From: Ignavibacteria bacterium
Lineage (GTDB): Bacteria > Bacteroidota > Ignavibacteria > Tepidaquicellales > OLB5
Assembly: GCA_013140565.1 (NCBI GenBank)
Contig: JABFSP010000255.1
Coordinates: forward strand, 1-41,530
DNA length: 41,530 nt
Direction: 5' to 3'
In this document: positions 16,342 through 25,775 of the stretch, in pieces
Layout: each line of letters starts with the position of its first letter
Numbering within the stretch: the stretch's first letter is position 1
Translations under genes and position numbers: made by a program
Notes under the pieces: model-generated
Told to the model about the DNA's origin: nothing
The model's database searches: none
What the model saw: only the letters and a program-made list of their open reading frames with translations

Positions 16342-18329
16342 TGAGTAAATTTATATTAATACTTCTGATTCTTATTTTGTTCATTCCTGCCCGCGAGGTT
16401 ATTGCTTCAGGGCAGGATAGCATTGTGACGGATGAAATTGTGGTTGAATCAAACCGCCTGAAGATGAAGAACTCCGAAGCGCCGAATAAGATACAGGTGA
16501 TTGATGCTGAGTTGCTGGGTAGACTCAACGGCTCGAGGCTGCCTGATGCCCTGAACTTAAGTGACGCGGTTTTCATTAAAGATTACGGATATAATTCGGG
16601 CACAAAGACCATATCACTTAACGCTACGCAAAGCGAGCATACACTTGTGCTGATCGATGGCATAAGGCTGAACAGCAGGCAGAATGCGCTGTATGACCTT
16701 TCGCTGTTTGACCTTGAAGATATTGAACGCATTGAAATATCCAAAGGCGGTTCATCAGCTCTATACGGCAGCGATGCAATTGGAGGTGTGATAAATATTA
16801 TCACATCACGTGACCCCAAAAAACCATTCAGCATTAATATTAAGGGTGAAACCGGTTCTTACGGCTACAGGAAGTTTTACGGAAAGCTTTCGCAGAATTT
16901 TAAATTTGGCTTAATAAATAATATTTCGTACAATATTTCGGCATCTGATGAACGTGCAGATAATAAATTCAAGTTCAATTTCAAAAACGGACTGAACATT
17001 ACCGGATATGAAAGAGAGAACTCGGATTTTAATACTCAGTCTGTGAATCTTGATGTTAAGTATTCGCAAAGCGATGAAATGTCACTGAAATATTTCGCAA
17101 GATACTCTTCATTCAGCCGCGGTGTACCGGGAATATTTTTAGGTTACTCAACAGGCACAGCCCGCCAGGAAGATAAAATTGTTATGACAGGTTTTTCTTT
17201 TGATAAGAAAATTTCAGATAAGATCTTCTCAAAGAGTGATCTGACTTATCAATATCAGAACCAGAAATATTATGATCCGGCAACTTTTAATCTGACAACC
17301 GTAATAAACAGTTTTTATAAGCTTCGCAGGATAACTGCATCAAGTGCTTACAGTTTTTTGCCCTCTGATAAATTTAATATCGAGTCCGGTATGGAGCTGA
17401 ACCTTGATGATATTTCAAGCAACGATACAGAAGAAGGTAAAGCAACGCAGGCCGCAGTATTCGCAGTAACAAAGTATTTTTTTAATATTTCAAACGGTTC
17501 GGTATTGACTATTTATCCGAGTGCAAGGTATGATTACTTTTCAAATATTTCTGAACATAATGTAATAACCGGAAAGTTCGGAATAAATTTCAAGCCGTTT
17601 GGTAAGACTGATCTTCACGTGAAATCATCTTTCGGTAACAATTTCAGCGCGCCTACTTTTAATGAACTCTATTGGAAAGATATCGGTAACAAAGATCTTA
17701 AACCAGAAAAGTCACTTAGCTTTGATGCAGGGTTGTATTATAAATTCAATTTTGCTGCTGTAAATGAAATTGAAGTATCATACTACAATATCTACACAAA
17801 AGATAGAATTGTGTGGACTCCCGTTTCAGGTTCGATATGGCGTCCTTTGAATATCCAGAAAGTCAGTTCAGAAGGTATTGATGCAAGCTTGAGGAGCGAG
17901 TTCATGTTAAGTAAATACCTATTGGCAAATGTTGGGATAAATTACAGTTTTGGCAGCGCCATCAAAAAAAGCGAGGATTTCCCGGGTGACCCATCTTACG
18001 GAAAACAACTGATTTACCTTCCAAAAGAGATGGTAAAAGGCTCAATTATGATGAATTATTTGACTACAAGTAAATTATTAAAATATGTATCTTTTAGTCT
18101 GTTTTATAATTTTTCAACCAGAAGATATACGAATTTTGAAAACACACAATTCGTACCCAGGTATGATTTTTTAGACGGAAATATTGGGGCAGGATTTAAG
18201 TTTTCAGGGTTTGAAACAGGCTTAAGATTCATAGTAAACAACATTCTGAATGAAGATTATACTGTGCTGCCCGGTTACCCGATGCCGCTCAGGAATTATA
18301 AAATAGAAATTAATTTAAAATATCAATAA
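16341..18329 (+). CDS. btuB: TonB-dependent receptor, BtuB-like (vitamin B12 / corrinoid)
   Basis: 662 aa with a signal peptide, a TonB-box-like DEIVVES and a plug (LVLIDGIRLNS, IEISKGGSSALYGSDAIGGVINIITS). The barrel ends in NYKIEINLKYQ. The size and riboswitch context are typical of BtuB. Confidence 0.75.
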   Translation: MSKFILILLILILFIPAREVIASGQDSIVTDEIVVESNRLKMKNSEAPNKIQVIDAELLGRLNGSRLPDALNLSDAVFIKDYGYNSGTKTISLNATQSEHTLVLIDGIRLNSRQNALYDLSLFDLEDIERIEISKGGSSALYGSDAIGGVINIITSRDPKKPFSINIKGETGSYGYRKFYGKLSQNFKFGLINNISYNISASDERADNKFKFNFKNGLNITGYERENSDFNTQSVNLDVKYSQSDEMSLKYFARYSSFSRGVPGIFLGYSTGTARQEDKIVMTGFSFDKKISDKIFSKSDLTYQYQNQKYYDPATFNLTTVINSFYKLRRITASSAYSFLPSDKFNIESGMELNLDDISSNDTEEGKATQAAVFAVTKYFFNISNGSVLTIYPSARYDYFSNISEHNVITGKFGINFKPFGKTDLHVKSSFGNNFSAPTFNELYWKDIGNKDLKPEKSLSFDAGLYYKFNFAAVNEIEVSYYNIYTKDRIVWTPVSGSIWRPLNIQKVSSEGIDASLRSEFMLSKYLLANVGINYSFGSAIKKSEDFPGDPSYGKQLIYLPKEMVKGSIMMNYLTTSKLLKYVSFSLFYNFSTRRYTNFENTQFVPRYDFLDGNIGAGFKFSGFETGLRFIVNNILNEDYTVLPGYPMPLRNYKIEINLKYQ

Positions 18330-18345
18330 CAGGAGAAATTATAAA

Positions 18346-18903
18346 ATGAATAACTCTAAAATGACAAACTTTATTATAGCTGCAGTGCTGATTCTATTCG
18401 CAGCATTTTCAAGACTCATTCCCCACCCGATGAACTTTGCGCCGGTTGCGGCAATTGCGCTTTTTGCTGCCGTGTACATGGATAAAAAATACGCGTTCAT
18501 ATTGCCAATAGCGGCAATGCTGCTTAGCGATATCTTCATAGGTTTTTATGCAGGTATTGAATGGGTTTACGGTGCATTTGTTTTGGTGGCCTTCATTGGT
18601 CTTTGGCTTAAGAAAAGAGTTGAATCCAAACAGGGTCTAAGCAAAGCCGGGTACATTGGCGGAACAACACTTGTATCATCAATTGTATTTTTTATTGTAA
18701 CAAATCTTGGTGTATGGGTAAGTGGTATGTTCTATGAAATGAACTTAAAGGGTCTTGTTGAGTGTTATACAATGGCAATACCGTTCTTCCGCAATTCACT
18801 TGGCGGAGATCTTTTCTACGTAACAGCAATGTTCGGTATATATGAGCTTGTTATAAGGCTTGTCCGCGCCACAGAATTAAAAGAAGCAAAGATCAGGAAA
18901 TAA
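18346..18903 (+). CDS. Small polytopic membrane protein, DUF6580-like; putative inner-membrane corrinoid transporter
   Basis: 185 aa with about 5-6 TM helices and the N-terminal motif RLIPHPMNFAPVAAIALFAAVY. It sits 16 nt after btuB and 10 nt before metH. Confidence 0.45.
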   Translation: MNNSKMTNFIIAAVLILFAAFSRLIPHPMNFAPVAAIALFAAVYMDKKYAFILPIAAMLLSDIFIGFYAGIEWVYGAFVLVAFIGLWLKKRVESKQGLSKAGYIGGTTLVSSIVFFIVTNLGVWVSGMFYEMNLKGLVECYTMAIPFFRNSLGGDLFYVTAMFGIYELVIRLVRATELKEAKIRK

Positions 18904-18913
18904 ATTTTAATAT

Positions 18914-21900
18914 ATGATATCGCGTTTATTTGAAGAATTAAAGAAACGAATAGTATTCCTTGACGGCCCGCGCGGCACGATGATCCAGAGACGTATGCTC
19001 AGCGAAGCTGATTTCAGAGGAGAGAGATTCAAGGACCATCCCTATGACCTGAAAGGCAATAACGATATTTTAAATATCACCCAGCAGAAGATTATTTCCG
19101 AGATTTATGAGGAGTATCTTGATGCAGGCAGTGATATTGTGGGCACTAATACGTTCAATTCCACTTCAATATCCCAGGGCGACTATCACACTGAAGATGC
19201 AGTTTATGAAATAAATTTTGAATCAGCTAAGCTGGCAAGAATTGCCGCTGATAAATTTACCACTAAAACACCCGATAAACCGCGCTTTGTAGCAGGTGCT
19301 ATCGGTCCAATGAATAAAACCCTATCGCTATCGCCGGATGTAAATGATCCGGGTTATAGAGCAGTAACCTTTGACCAGATAAAAGAATCATACCTTGAAC
19401 AGGTAAGAGGCTTAATTGATGGCGGCGTTGATATACTGCTTGTGGAAACAGTTTTTGATACTCTAAACTGCAAAGCGGCGCTGTTTGCTATAAATGAATA
19501 TTTTGATATCATTGGCAGGAAACTGCCTGTGATGGTATCAGGTACTATCACTGATCTAAGCGGAAGGACGCTCTCGGGTCAGACTGTTGAAGCGTTCTGG
19601 AATTCGATAAGCCATGCAGGATTGTTGAGTGTTGGGCTGAATTGTTCACTTGGCGCGAAGGAAATGCGTCCATATATTGAAGAACTCTCCGATAAGGCAA
19701 ATGTTTATTTAAGCGCATACCCGAATGCGGGCTTGCCAAATGAATTTGGCGAGTACGATGAGCTCCCCAAAGAAACAGCGGAGCTGTTATTGGATTTTGC
19801 CAGGAGCGGATTTCTGAATCTTGTTGGCGGATGCTGCGGCACCACACCTGATCACATTAGACAGATTACCACGCTTTTAAAAGATATACCACCAAGGAAA
19901 ATTCCTGAGGTACACCCGTATTTAAGGCTAAGCGGACTTGAAGCACTGAATGTTACACCGCAAACTAATTTTGTTAATATTGGTGAGCGTACAAATATCA
20001 CAGGTTCAGCAAAATTTGCAAAGCTGATACGTGATGAGAATTACGAAGAAGCATTAAGTGTCGCATTGCAGCAAGTTGAAAGCGGCGCGCAGGTCATAGA
20101 TATTAACATGGATGAGGGTATGATAGACGGTGTGGCGGCGATGGAAAAATTCCTGAAGCTTGTTGCAGTTGAGCCTGATATTGCGCGTGTACCTGTGATG
20201 CTTGATTCTTCCAAATGGGAAATCATTGAAGCGGGCTTAAAATGCCTGCAGGGCAAAGGTATTGTAAATTCCATAAGCTTAAAAGAAGGCGAAGAAAAGT
20301 TCATAGAGCATGCCCGCAAAGTAAAGCTTTACGGTGCTGCTATTATTATAATGGCATTTGATGAGAACGGTCAGGCTGATAGCTACGAAAAAAGAATTGC
20401 CATCTGTCAAAGATGCTATGATATTTTGACCAAAAAAGTAGGCTTCCCGCCGCAGGATATTATTTTTGATCCCAACATACTTACTGTAGCAACAGGAATT
20501 GATGAACACAATAATTATGCCGTAGATTACATCAACGCAACAAGATGGATAAAAGAAAACCTGCCGCTTGCAAAGGTCAGCGGTGGAGTGAGCAACATTT
20601 CATTTTCATTCCGCGGAAATAATGTTGTAAGAGAGGCGATGCACTCAGCTTTTCTGTATCACGCTATCAAAGCTGGAATGGACATGGGTATTGTAAATGC
20701 GGGAATGATCGAAGTGTATGACGAAATTCCCAAGGACCTGATGGAGCTTGTTGAAGATGTACTGCTTAACCGCAGGGATGATGCCACCGAAAGACTTGTT
20801 CAGTTTGCCGATACCATCAAAACTAAAGGTAAAGTAATTGAGCATGATAATGCATGGCGCAATGCGCCGGTTGAAGAGAGATTAAAGCATGCGCTGATTA
20901 AGGGTATTGTTGAATTTATTGATGTTGATACTGAAGAAGCGCGTAAAAAATACCCGCAGCCTCTTGATGTAATTGAGGGTCCATTGATGGATGGTATGAA
21001 TGTAGTTGGCGATCTTTTCGGCGCGGGTAAGATGTTTCTTCCGCAGGTTGTAAAAAGCGCGAGGGTAATGAAAAAATCTGTGGCGTACTTAACGCCATAT
21101 ATCGAAGCGGCTAAAGCCGCAGGCGCATCAAGCATCAACGGCAGGATACTGCTTGCGACAGTAAAAGGTGATGTGCATGATATAGGCAAGAATATTGTAG
21201 GTGTTGTACTTGGCTGCAATAACTATGAAGTTATCGATCTTGGCGTAATGGTTCCCGCTGAAAAAATTCTGCAGATAGCAAAAGAAAAAAATGTTGATAT
21301 TATAGGGCTAAGCGGATTGATAACCCCCTCCCTTGACGAGATGGTTCACGTTGCCAAAGAAATGGAGCGCCAGGGATTCGTAGTACCTCTTTTAATTGGC
21401 GGAGCGACTACTTCAAAAATTCATGCTGCCGTAAAGATTGCGCCAAATTATTCCAATCCAACTGTTCACGTGCTGGACGCATCAAGAAGCGTAACTGTTG
21501 CCGGAAGCCTTATGAACAAGGATAACCGCGAGGGATTTATTGGCGCGGTAAAGCAGGAATATGAGCGTATGAGGATATCTCATAAAGGCAGAAAAGATAA
21601 TAAAAAATTCCTGAAAATTAAAGATGCCCGTGAAAAAGGATTGAAGATTGATTGGACTAAAACAAAAATTACAAAACCAACTTTCACGGGGAATAAAGTA
21701 TTTGATGATTTCCCATTGGATAAGATTCGCGAAAAAATTGACTGGACGCCTTTCTTTTTAACATGGGAGCTGAAGGGTAAGTATCCAACAATTTTTGATG
21801 ATAAGAATTACGGAAGCGAAGCGAAGAAAATTTACGATGATGCCAATAAGTTACTGGATGATATCATTGCAAACAAATGGCTGAAGGCTAAAGCTGTAAT

Positions 21901-22609
21901 TGGGCTGTATCCCGCTAATTCAGTTGGTGATGATATTGAGCTTTATTCAAACGAGAAAAGAAAAGAAGTTTTAACTACGCTGCATACACTAAGACAGCAG
22001 GCGGAAAAAACAAATAACGATTCGTATTATGCGCTAAGTGACCTTATTGCACCGAAAGAAACCGGCGCAAGTGATTACATGGGCTGCTTTGCGGTAACAA
22101 CGGGTATCGGAATAGAAGCCGTGCTTGATAAATTCGCGAAGGAACACGATGATTATAACAGCATTATGACCAAGGCAATTGCCGACAGGCTTGCCGAAGC
22201 ATTCGCCGAGCTGATGCATGAGCTTGTGCGTAAGGAATTCTGGGGATACTCGAAAGCAGAAAATCTAAGCATTGAAGATATAATTGCCGAGAAATATCAC
22301 GGCATCAGGCCCGCACCGGGTTACCCCGCACAACCTGATCACACGGAAAAGCAGTTGATATTCGATCTGCTTGAAGCAGAAGAGAAAACGGGTATTAAGT
22401 TAACCGAAAGCTTCGCTATGTATCCTGCATCATCAGTGAGCGGCCTGTATTTCTCACACCCGGAATCAAAATATTTTAATGTGGGCAAAATATCCCGTGA
22501 CCAGGTCGAAGAATACGCATCCAGGAAAAATATGCCCATTGAAGAAATTGAAAGATGGCTGGCTCCCATACTGGGGTATGAGAGAACTGAATCTGCTGCG
22601 GTAAAGTAA
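18914..22609 (+). CDS. metH: Cobalamin-dependent methionine synthase MetH (full four-module enzyme)
   Basis: 1231 aa with an Hcy-binding module ([14 protein letters not shown]), a pterin-binding module ([19 protein letters not shown]), a B12 module with DxHxxG ([11 protein letters not shown]) and an AdoMet reactivation module ([12 protein letters not shown]). Confidence 0.95.
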   Translation: MISRLFEELKKRIVFLDGPRGTMIQRRMLSEADFRGERFKDHPYDLKGNNDILNITQQKIISEIYEEYLDAGSDIVGTNTFNSTSISQGDYHTEDAVYEINFESAKLARIAADKFTTKTPDKPRFVAGAIGPMNKTLSLSPDVNDPGYRAVTFDQIKESYLEQVRGLIDGGVDILLVETVFDTLNCKAALFAINEYFDIIGRKLPVMVSGTITDLSGRTLSGQTVEAFWNSISHAGLLSVGLNCSLGAKEMRPYIEELSDKANVYLSAYPNAGLPNEFGEYDELPKETAELLLDFARSGFLNLVGGCCGTTPDHIRQITTLLKDIPPRKIPEVHPYLRLSGLEALNVTPQTNFVNIGERTNITGSAKFAKLIRDENYEEALSVALQQVESGAQVIDINMDEGMIDGVAAMEKFLKLVAVEPDIARVPVMLDSSKWEIIEAGLKCLQGKGIVNSISLKEGEEKFIEHARKVKLYGAAIIIMAFDENGQADSYEKRIAICQRCYDILTKKVGFPPQDIIFDPNILTVATGIDEHNNYAVDYINATRWIKENLPLAKVSGGVSNISFSFRGNNVVREAMHSAFLYHAIKAGMDMGIVNAGMIEVYDEIPKDLMELVEDVLLNRRDDATERLVQFADTIKTKGKVIEHDNAWRNAPVEERLKHALIKGIVEFIDVDTEEARKKYPQPLDVIEGPLMDGMNVVGDLFGAGKMFLPQVVKSARVMKKSVAYLTPYIEAAKAAGASSINGRILLATVKGDVHDIGKNIVGVVLGCNNYEVIDLGVMVPAEKILQIAKEKNVDIIGLSGLITPSLDEMVHVAKEMERQGFVVPLLIGGATTSKIHAAVKIAPNYSNPTVHVLDASRSVTVAGSLMNKDNREGFIGAVKQEYERMRISHKGRKDNKKFLKIKDAREKGLKIDWTKTKITKPTFTGNKVFDDFPLDKIREKIDWTPFFLTWELKGKYPTIFDDKNYGSEAKKIYDDANKLLDDIIANKWLKAKAVIGLYPANSVGDDIELYSNEKRKEVLTTLHTLRQQAEKTNNDSYYALSDLIAPKETGASDYMGCFAVTTGIGIEAVLDKFAKEHDDYNSIMTKAIADRLAEAFAELMHELVRKEFWGYSKAENLSIEDIIAEKYHGIRPAPGYPAQPDHTEKQLIFDLLEAEEKTGIKLTESFAMYPASSVSGLYFSHPESKYFNVGKISRDQVEEYASRKNMPIEEIERWLAPILGYERTESAAVK

Positions 22610-22610
22610 T

Positions 22611-22802
22611 ATGGTTACCAAATGCGTATGTTCTGATGTATTGTTTTCTGAGATGAAAAAGACTGCGGATAAGTATGGTTTAAAAAGTATCAGTGAACTT
22701 AAAGAATTCATTGAAGTTGGCGAGAACTGCCAATTTTGCCACCCCTACATTGAACTTATGCTTAAAACAGGTGAAACGGAATTTGAACCTGTAATTGAAT
22801 AA
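22611..22802 (+). CDS. BFD-like [2Fe-2S]-binding miniprotein
   Basis: 63 aa with the Cys pattern CxC...CxxC (KCVCSDV...GENCQFCHPYI) characteristic of bacterioferritin-associated-ferredoxin-like domains. The ATG lies 1 nt after the metH stop. Confidence 0.6.
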   Translation: MVTKCVCSDVLFSEMKKTADKYGLKSISELKEFIEVGENCQFCHPYIELMLKTGETEFEPVIE

Positions 22803-22831
22803 ATTTCCATTCCTTCAAAAGAGGTGTCTAA

Positions 22832-23365
22832 TTGAATAAAATTATAGCGATTATTGGTATGTGCGGCTCAGGTAAAAGCGAAGCGGTAAAATTCTTTGTT
22901 GAAAGCGGCTATAAGCGTGTTTACTTTGGCGAGGTTGTTATGAACGAAATGAAAAGGCTGGGACTCGAAGTAAACGAAGCCAATGAACGCGCGACCAGGG
23001 AGAACTTGCGGAAAGAATTCGGTATGGGCGCAATGGCTGTTAAATCATTGCCAATAATTGAAGAGTTTATGAAACACAGTAATGTTGTTATTGAAAGCCT
23101 TTATTCATGGGAAGAGTTCAAGATATTAACAGATAAGTTTGGTGAAGCATTTAAGCTCATAACGATCTATACTACAAAGGAGTTAAGGTATGAAAGGCTG
23201 CTTAAAAGACCTTTCAGGCCGCTGACTAATGAGGAATCTAAAAGCCGTGATTTAAGTGAGATAGAGAAGCTTGATAAAGGGGGTCCGATTGCTTATACGG
23301 ATTACCTTATCATTAATGATGGCTCACTTGATGAGATGAATGTTGAATTGAAGAAGTATGTTTAA
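22832..23365 (+). CDS. P-loop nucleotide/nucleoside-monophosphate kinase-like protein
   Basis: TTG start with RBS gaggtg. Walker A motif IIGMCGSGKSE. It is small (177 aa) with a kinase-like layout and a C-terminal ADYLIINDGSLDE-type block. The substrate is not assignable. Confidence 0.5.
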   Translation: MNKIIAIIGMCGSGKSEAVKFFVESGYKRVYFGEVVMNEMKRLGLEVNEANERATRENLRKEFGMGAMAVKSLPIIEEFMKHSNVVIESLYSWEEFKILTDKFGEAFKLITIYTTKELRYERLLKRPFRPLTNEESKSRDLSEIEKLDKGGPIAYTDYLIINDGSLDEMNVELKKYV

Positions 23366-23409
23366 TTAATTAATCACAAACAGGAATGTCTGTGCTACTA
23401 ATATAGTTA

Positions 23410-23898
23410 TTGAAAAGAAAAGATTACATTTCGTGGGATGAGTATTTTATGGGAATTGCACTGCTTTCAGCAAAGCGGAGCAAGGATCCCAGCACACAGG
23501 TCGGCGCTTGTATTGTGAATCAGTACAACAAAATTGTAGGTATCGGTTACAACGGCTTTCCTATTGGCTGTGATGATGACCAGCTTCCATGGGGCAAAAC
23601 ATCAGAGGATAACAACGAAACCAAGTATCCATACGTTGTGCATGCCGAAGCCAATGCGATACTTAACTCTACCAAAGACCTGCATGGCTCAAGGGTATAC
23701 GTTGCGTTATTCCCTTGTAATGAATGCACAAAGCTTATTATTCAATCAGGCATAAAAGAAATTATATACCTTTCAGATAAATACAAAGATACCGATAGTG
23801 TTAAGGCATCAAAGAAGATGCTGGATATGGCTAAGGTTACATACAGGCAGTTAGACCTGGGTGACCATAAGATCGAAATTGATTTTAAAATAGGTTAG
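23410..23898 (+). CDS. Deoxycytidylate (dCMP) deaminase
   Basis: Zinc motifs HAEANAI and [37 protein letters not shown] is typical of the ComEB/dCMP deaminase family. TTG start. Confidence 0.85.
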   Translation: MKRKDYISWDEYFMGIALLSAKRSKDPSTQVGACIVNQYNKIVGIGYNGFPIGCDDDQLPWGKTSEDNNETKYPYVVHAEANAILNSTKDLHGSRVYVALFPCNECTKLIIQSGIKEIIYLSDKYKDTDSVKASKKMLDMAKVTYRQLDLGDHKIEIDFKIG

Positions 23899-23908
23899 CA
23901 GTCCGGTT

Positions 23909-24577
23909 ATGGATAAGAAAAAAGTCACACTGGAAGAAGCAAAAAAAGCAGGGGGCAAAAAGTACCGCGAAAAGGTACAGAAGGTCCTTGCTGAATACGA
24001 ACAATTACCCGACGAAGAAAAACACCAGTCGCATTTATATTACGGATATGGCAAAGGCAAAACCACGGCAGCCATGGGTCTCGCCTTCCGCGCCCTTGGC
24101 GCGGGCATGAGTGTTGCAATTGTTGAGTTCGATAAAGGGCACGACCAGGCTAAAGAGCATTACTTTGAGCGCAGGATATTTTTTAAACTGAAGGAACTGG
24201 GATACCCCGTAGAGCTTCATTCAAGCGGATGTGAAAGAATGAACGAAGACGGCACATTCCGCTTTAAGAATGCCGAAGAGGATTTTGAGGAGGCAAAAAG
24301 AGCATTGGGAATTGTACGCGACTTGATCATTAACGGCAAACAGAATGTTCTGGTGTTGGATGAGTTTGTTGCTGCGGCAAATTATCATTTAATAGAAGAG
24401 AAGGATGTACTCGATATACTTGACCTTTATGATAAGAACCGAAGGTTTGAGCTTGTTATGACAGGCCACAAGTTGTTTGAGGGACTCGAAGATAAGGTAG
24501 ACCTTATTACAGAAAACCGGAAGGTTAAACATTATTTTGATAAAGGAATTCAGGCGAGAAAAGGAATAGAATACTAA
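23909..24577 (+). CDS. cobA: Cob(I)yrinic acid a,c-diamide / corrinoid adenosyltransferase, CobA/CobO/BtuR type
   Basis: P-loop GYGKGKTTAAMGLAFRALGAGMSVAIVEFDKG, plus VLDEF and the C-terminal VKHYFDKGIQARKGIEY, which parallels the CobA C-terminus. Confidence 0.8.
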   Translation: MDKKKVTLEEAKKAGGKKYREKVQKVLAEYEQLPDEEKHQSHLYYGYGKGKTTAAMGLAFRALGAGMSVAIVEFDKGHDQAKEHYFERRIFFKLKELGYPVELHSSGCERMNEDGTFRFKNAEEDFEEAKRALGIVRDLIINGKQNVLVLDEFVAAANYHLIEEKDVLDILDLYDKNRRFELVMTGHKLFEGLEDKVDLITENRKVKHYFDKGIQARKGIEY

Positions 24578-24578
24578 T

Positions 24579-24690
24579 GTGAAACGTCAAACGTGAAACG
24601 TCAAATGTCAAATGTCAAATGTCAAATGTCAAATGTCAAACGTGAAACAGGGAAAGTGAAAAAGCAAAAGTGAAAAGGCAAAAAACAAAG
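24579..24690 (+). repeat. 16-unit heptanucleotide tandem array (GTSAAAY core, 5 perfect GTCAAAT units)
   Basis: In-register 7-mers: gtgaaac gtcaaac gtgaaac (gtcaaat)x5 gtcaaac gtgaaac agggaaa gtgaaaa agcaaaa gtgaaaa ggcaaaa aacaaag. The array starts 2 nt after the cobA stop and ends 32 nt before ATG 24723. Confidence 0.9.
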
Positions 24691-24722
24691 GACTTTGCCG
24701 AAAAAAAATAAATCTTATAAAA

Positions 24723-25775
24723 ATGAAAACAAATAAATTCGCACTCATTATAACAATTTTAACCTTTGCATTAACATTATTCGGCTGTAATGATTCAACT
24801 GGTCCGACAATAACCAACAATGGCGGCAATGCCCTGGCGGGAGCTTACATACTTTATTATTCTCCGGCAACAAGTACTGATTATGCATATTATGATGCTG
24901 TTAAGGATTCCGTTATGGATTTTGTATTTACATCAACCAATCCGGGTGTAAAACTTAACGTAAATCCCGGTGAGATGAAGCTCAATTCAGACAGAAAGCT
25001 ATATGTCACAACACTTGGCATTCCCGGAAATAACGGTACAATTTACAAAATTGATCCCTTGAGTAATAGTATTGAAGACTCGCTTCGTTATGGTACCTCT
25101 CCTCTTGGATTTGCAATCAATAATAACCGAATTGTCGTTGGTAATTCCGGCAGTACGAATGTAACAGTTCTTGATCTGGATTTTAATATTATAAAAGATA
25201 CGGTCGAAGTCGGCAGTAACCCGGCAAATGTTTTATACGGATTTAATAAATACATTGTTACAAGGAATACTTTAAATAATGAACGATCAGCGGCATTTGT
25301 AGATGAAATAAACTATGGTGTAACAAAATTGTTCTATCCTTATGTGCCAGTACAGGCTATTTATAATGTAAACGGAATTTTTATTTCAACAAATCTGAAT
25401 AAGGTTATCTACAGGGTAGATCCGGGAACAATTACAACTTTAGATTCTTTTTCAGTACCTACAGTATTCTCATCTTTAAATAAACTTGTGTTCAAAACAC
25501 AAAACAGTTTTTATGTTGTTGCAGGAGGAAAGGAAGTATGGCTTGGGACTGCTAATTCAGGAACGATCGGTTTTACAAATATTTATCCGGCTACAGGCGA
25601 TGTAAGTATCAGTACTATAGCATACGAACCAAATGCAAATGAACTGTATTTTACCAGTGAATCAAATCCTCCAGGTGCTATTTTGTTTGTGCTGGATGGA
25701 AATAACGGAACTGTAAAACGATTTAAGTCTTTAACCGGGAATAATATACAAAGTATCGTCTTCAGGTATTTTTAG
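24723..25775 (+). CDS. Surface lipoprotein, YncE/BtuG-like beta-propeller family (paralog 3)
   Basis: Lipobox LTLFGC, a GAYILYY core and blades such as SPLGFAINNNRIVVGNSGSTNVTVLD and SNPANVLYGFNKYIV. The C-terminus NNIQSIVFRYF parallels the other two paralogs. Confidence 0.5.
   Translation: MKTNKFALIITILTFALTLFGCNDSTGPTITNNGGNALAGAYILYYSPATSTDYAYYDAVKDSVMDFVFTSTNPGVKLNVNPGEMKLNSDRKLYVTTLGIPGNNGTIYKIDPLSNSIEDSLRYGTSPLGFAINNNRIVVGNSGSTNVTVLDLDFNIIKDTVEVGSNPANVLYGFNKYIVTRNTLNNERSAAFVDEINYGVTKLFYPYVPVQAIYNVNGIFISTNLNKVIYRVDPGTITTLDSFSVPTVFSSLNKLVFKTQNSFYVVAGGKEVWLGTANSGTIGFTNIYPATGDVSISTIAYEPNANELYFTSESNPPGAILFVLDGNNGTVKRFKSLTGNNIQSIVFRYF

Noticed and set aside
20800-21219. 139-aa minus-strand ORF, and other 60-99 aa ORFs at 19354-20845 and 22034-22711, inside metH
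   Set aside because: They are antisense shadow ORFs wholly inside a confidently identified 1231-aa gene, with low-complexity Ser/Pro/Thr-rich translations and no motifs.
24579-24690. Regularly spaced short repeats that might be taken for a CRISPR array
   Set aside because: The units are only 7 bp and directly abut one another with no spacers. No cas genes are nearby. It is a microsatellite-like tandem array.
24677-24699. Hairpin ggcaaa-aaacaaaggac-tttgcc after cobA as a terminator
   Set aside because: It is followed by an A-run on the plus strand, not a U-tract, and no minus-strand gene ends there. This is not convincing evidence for a terminator.
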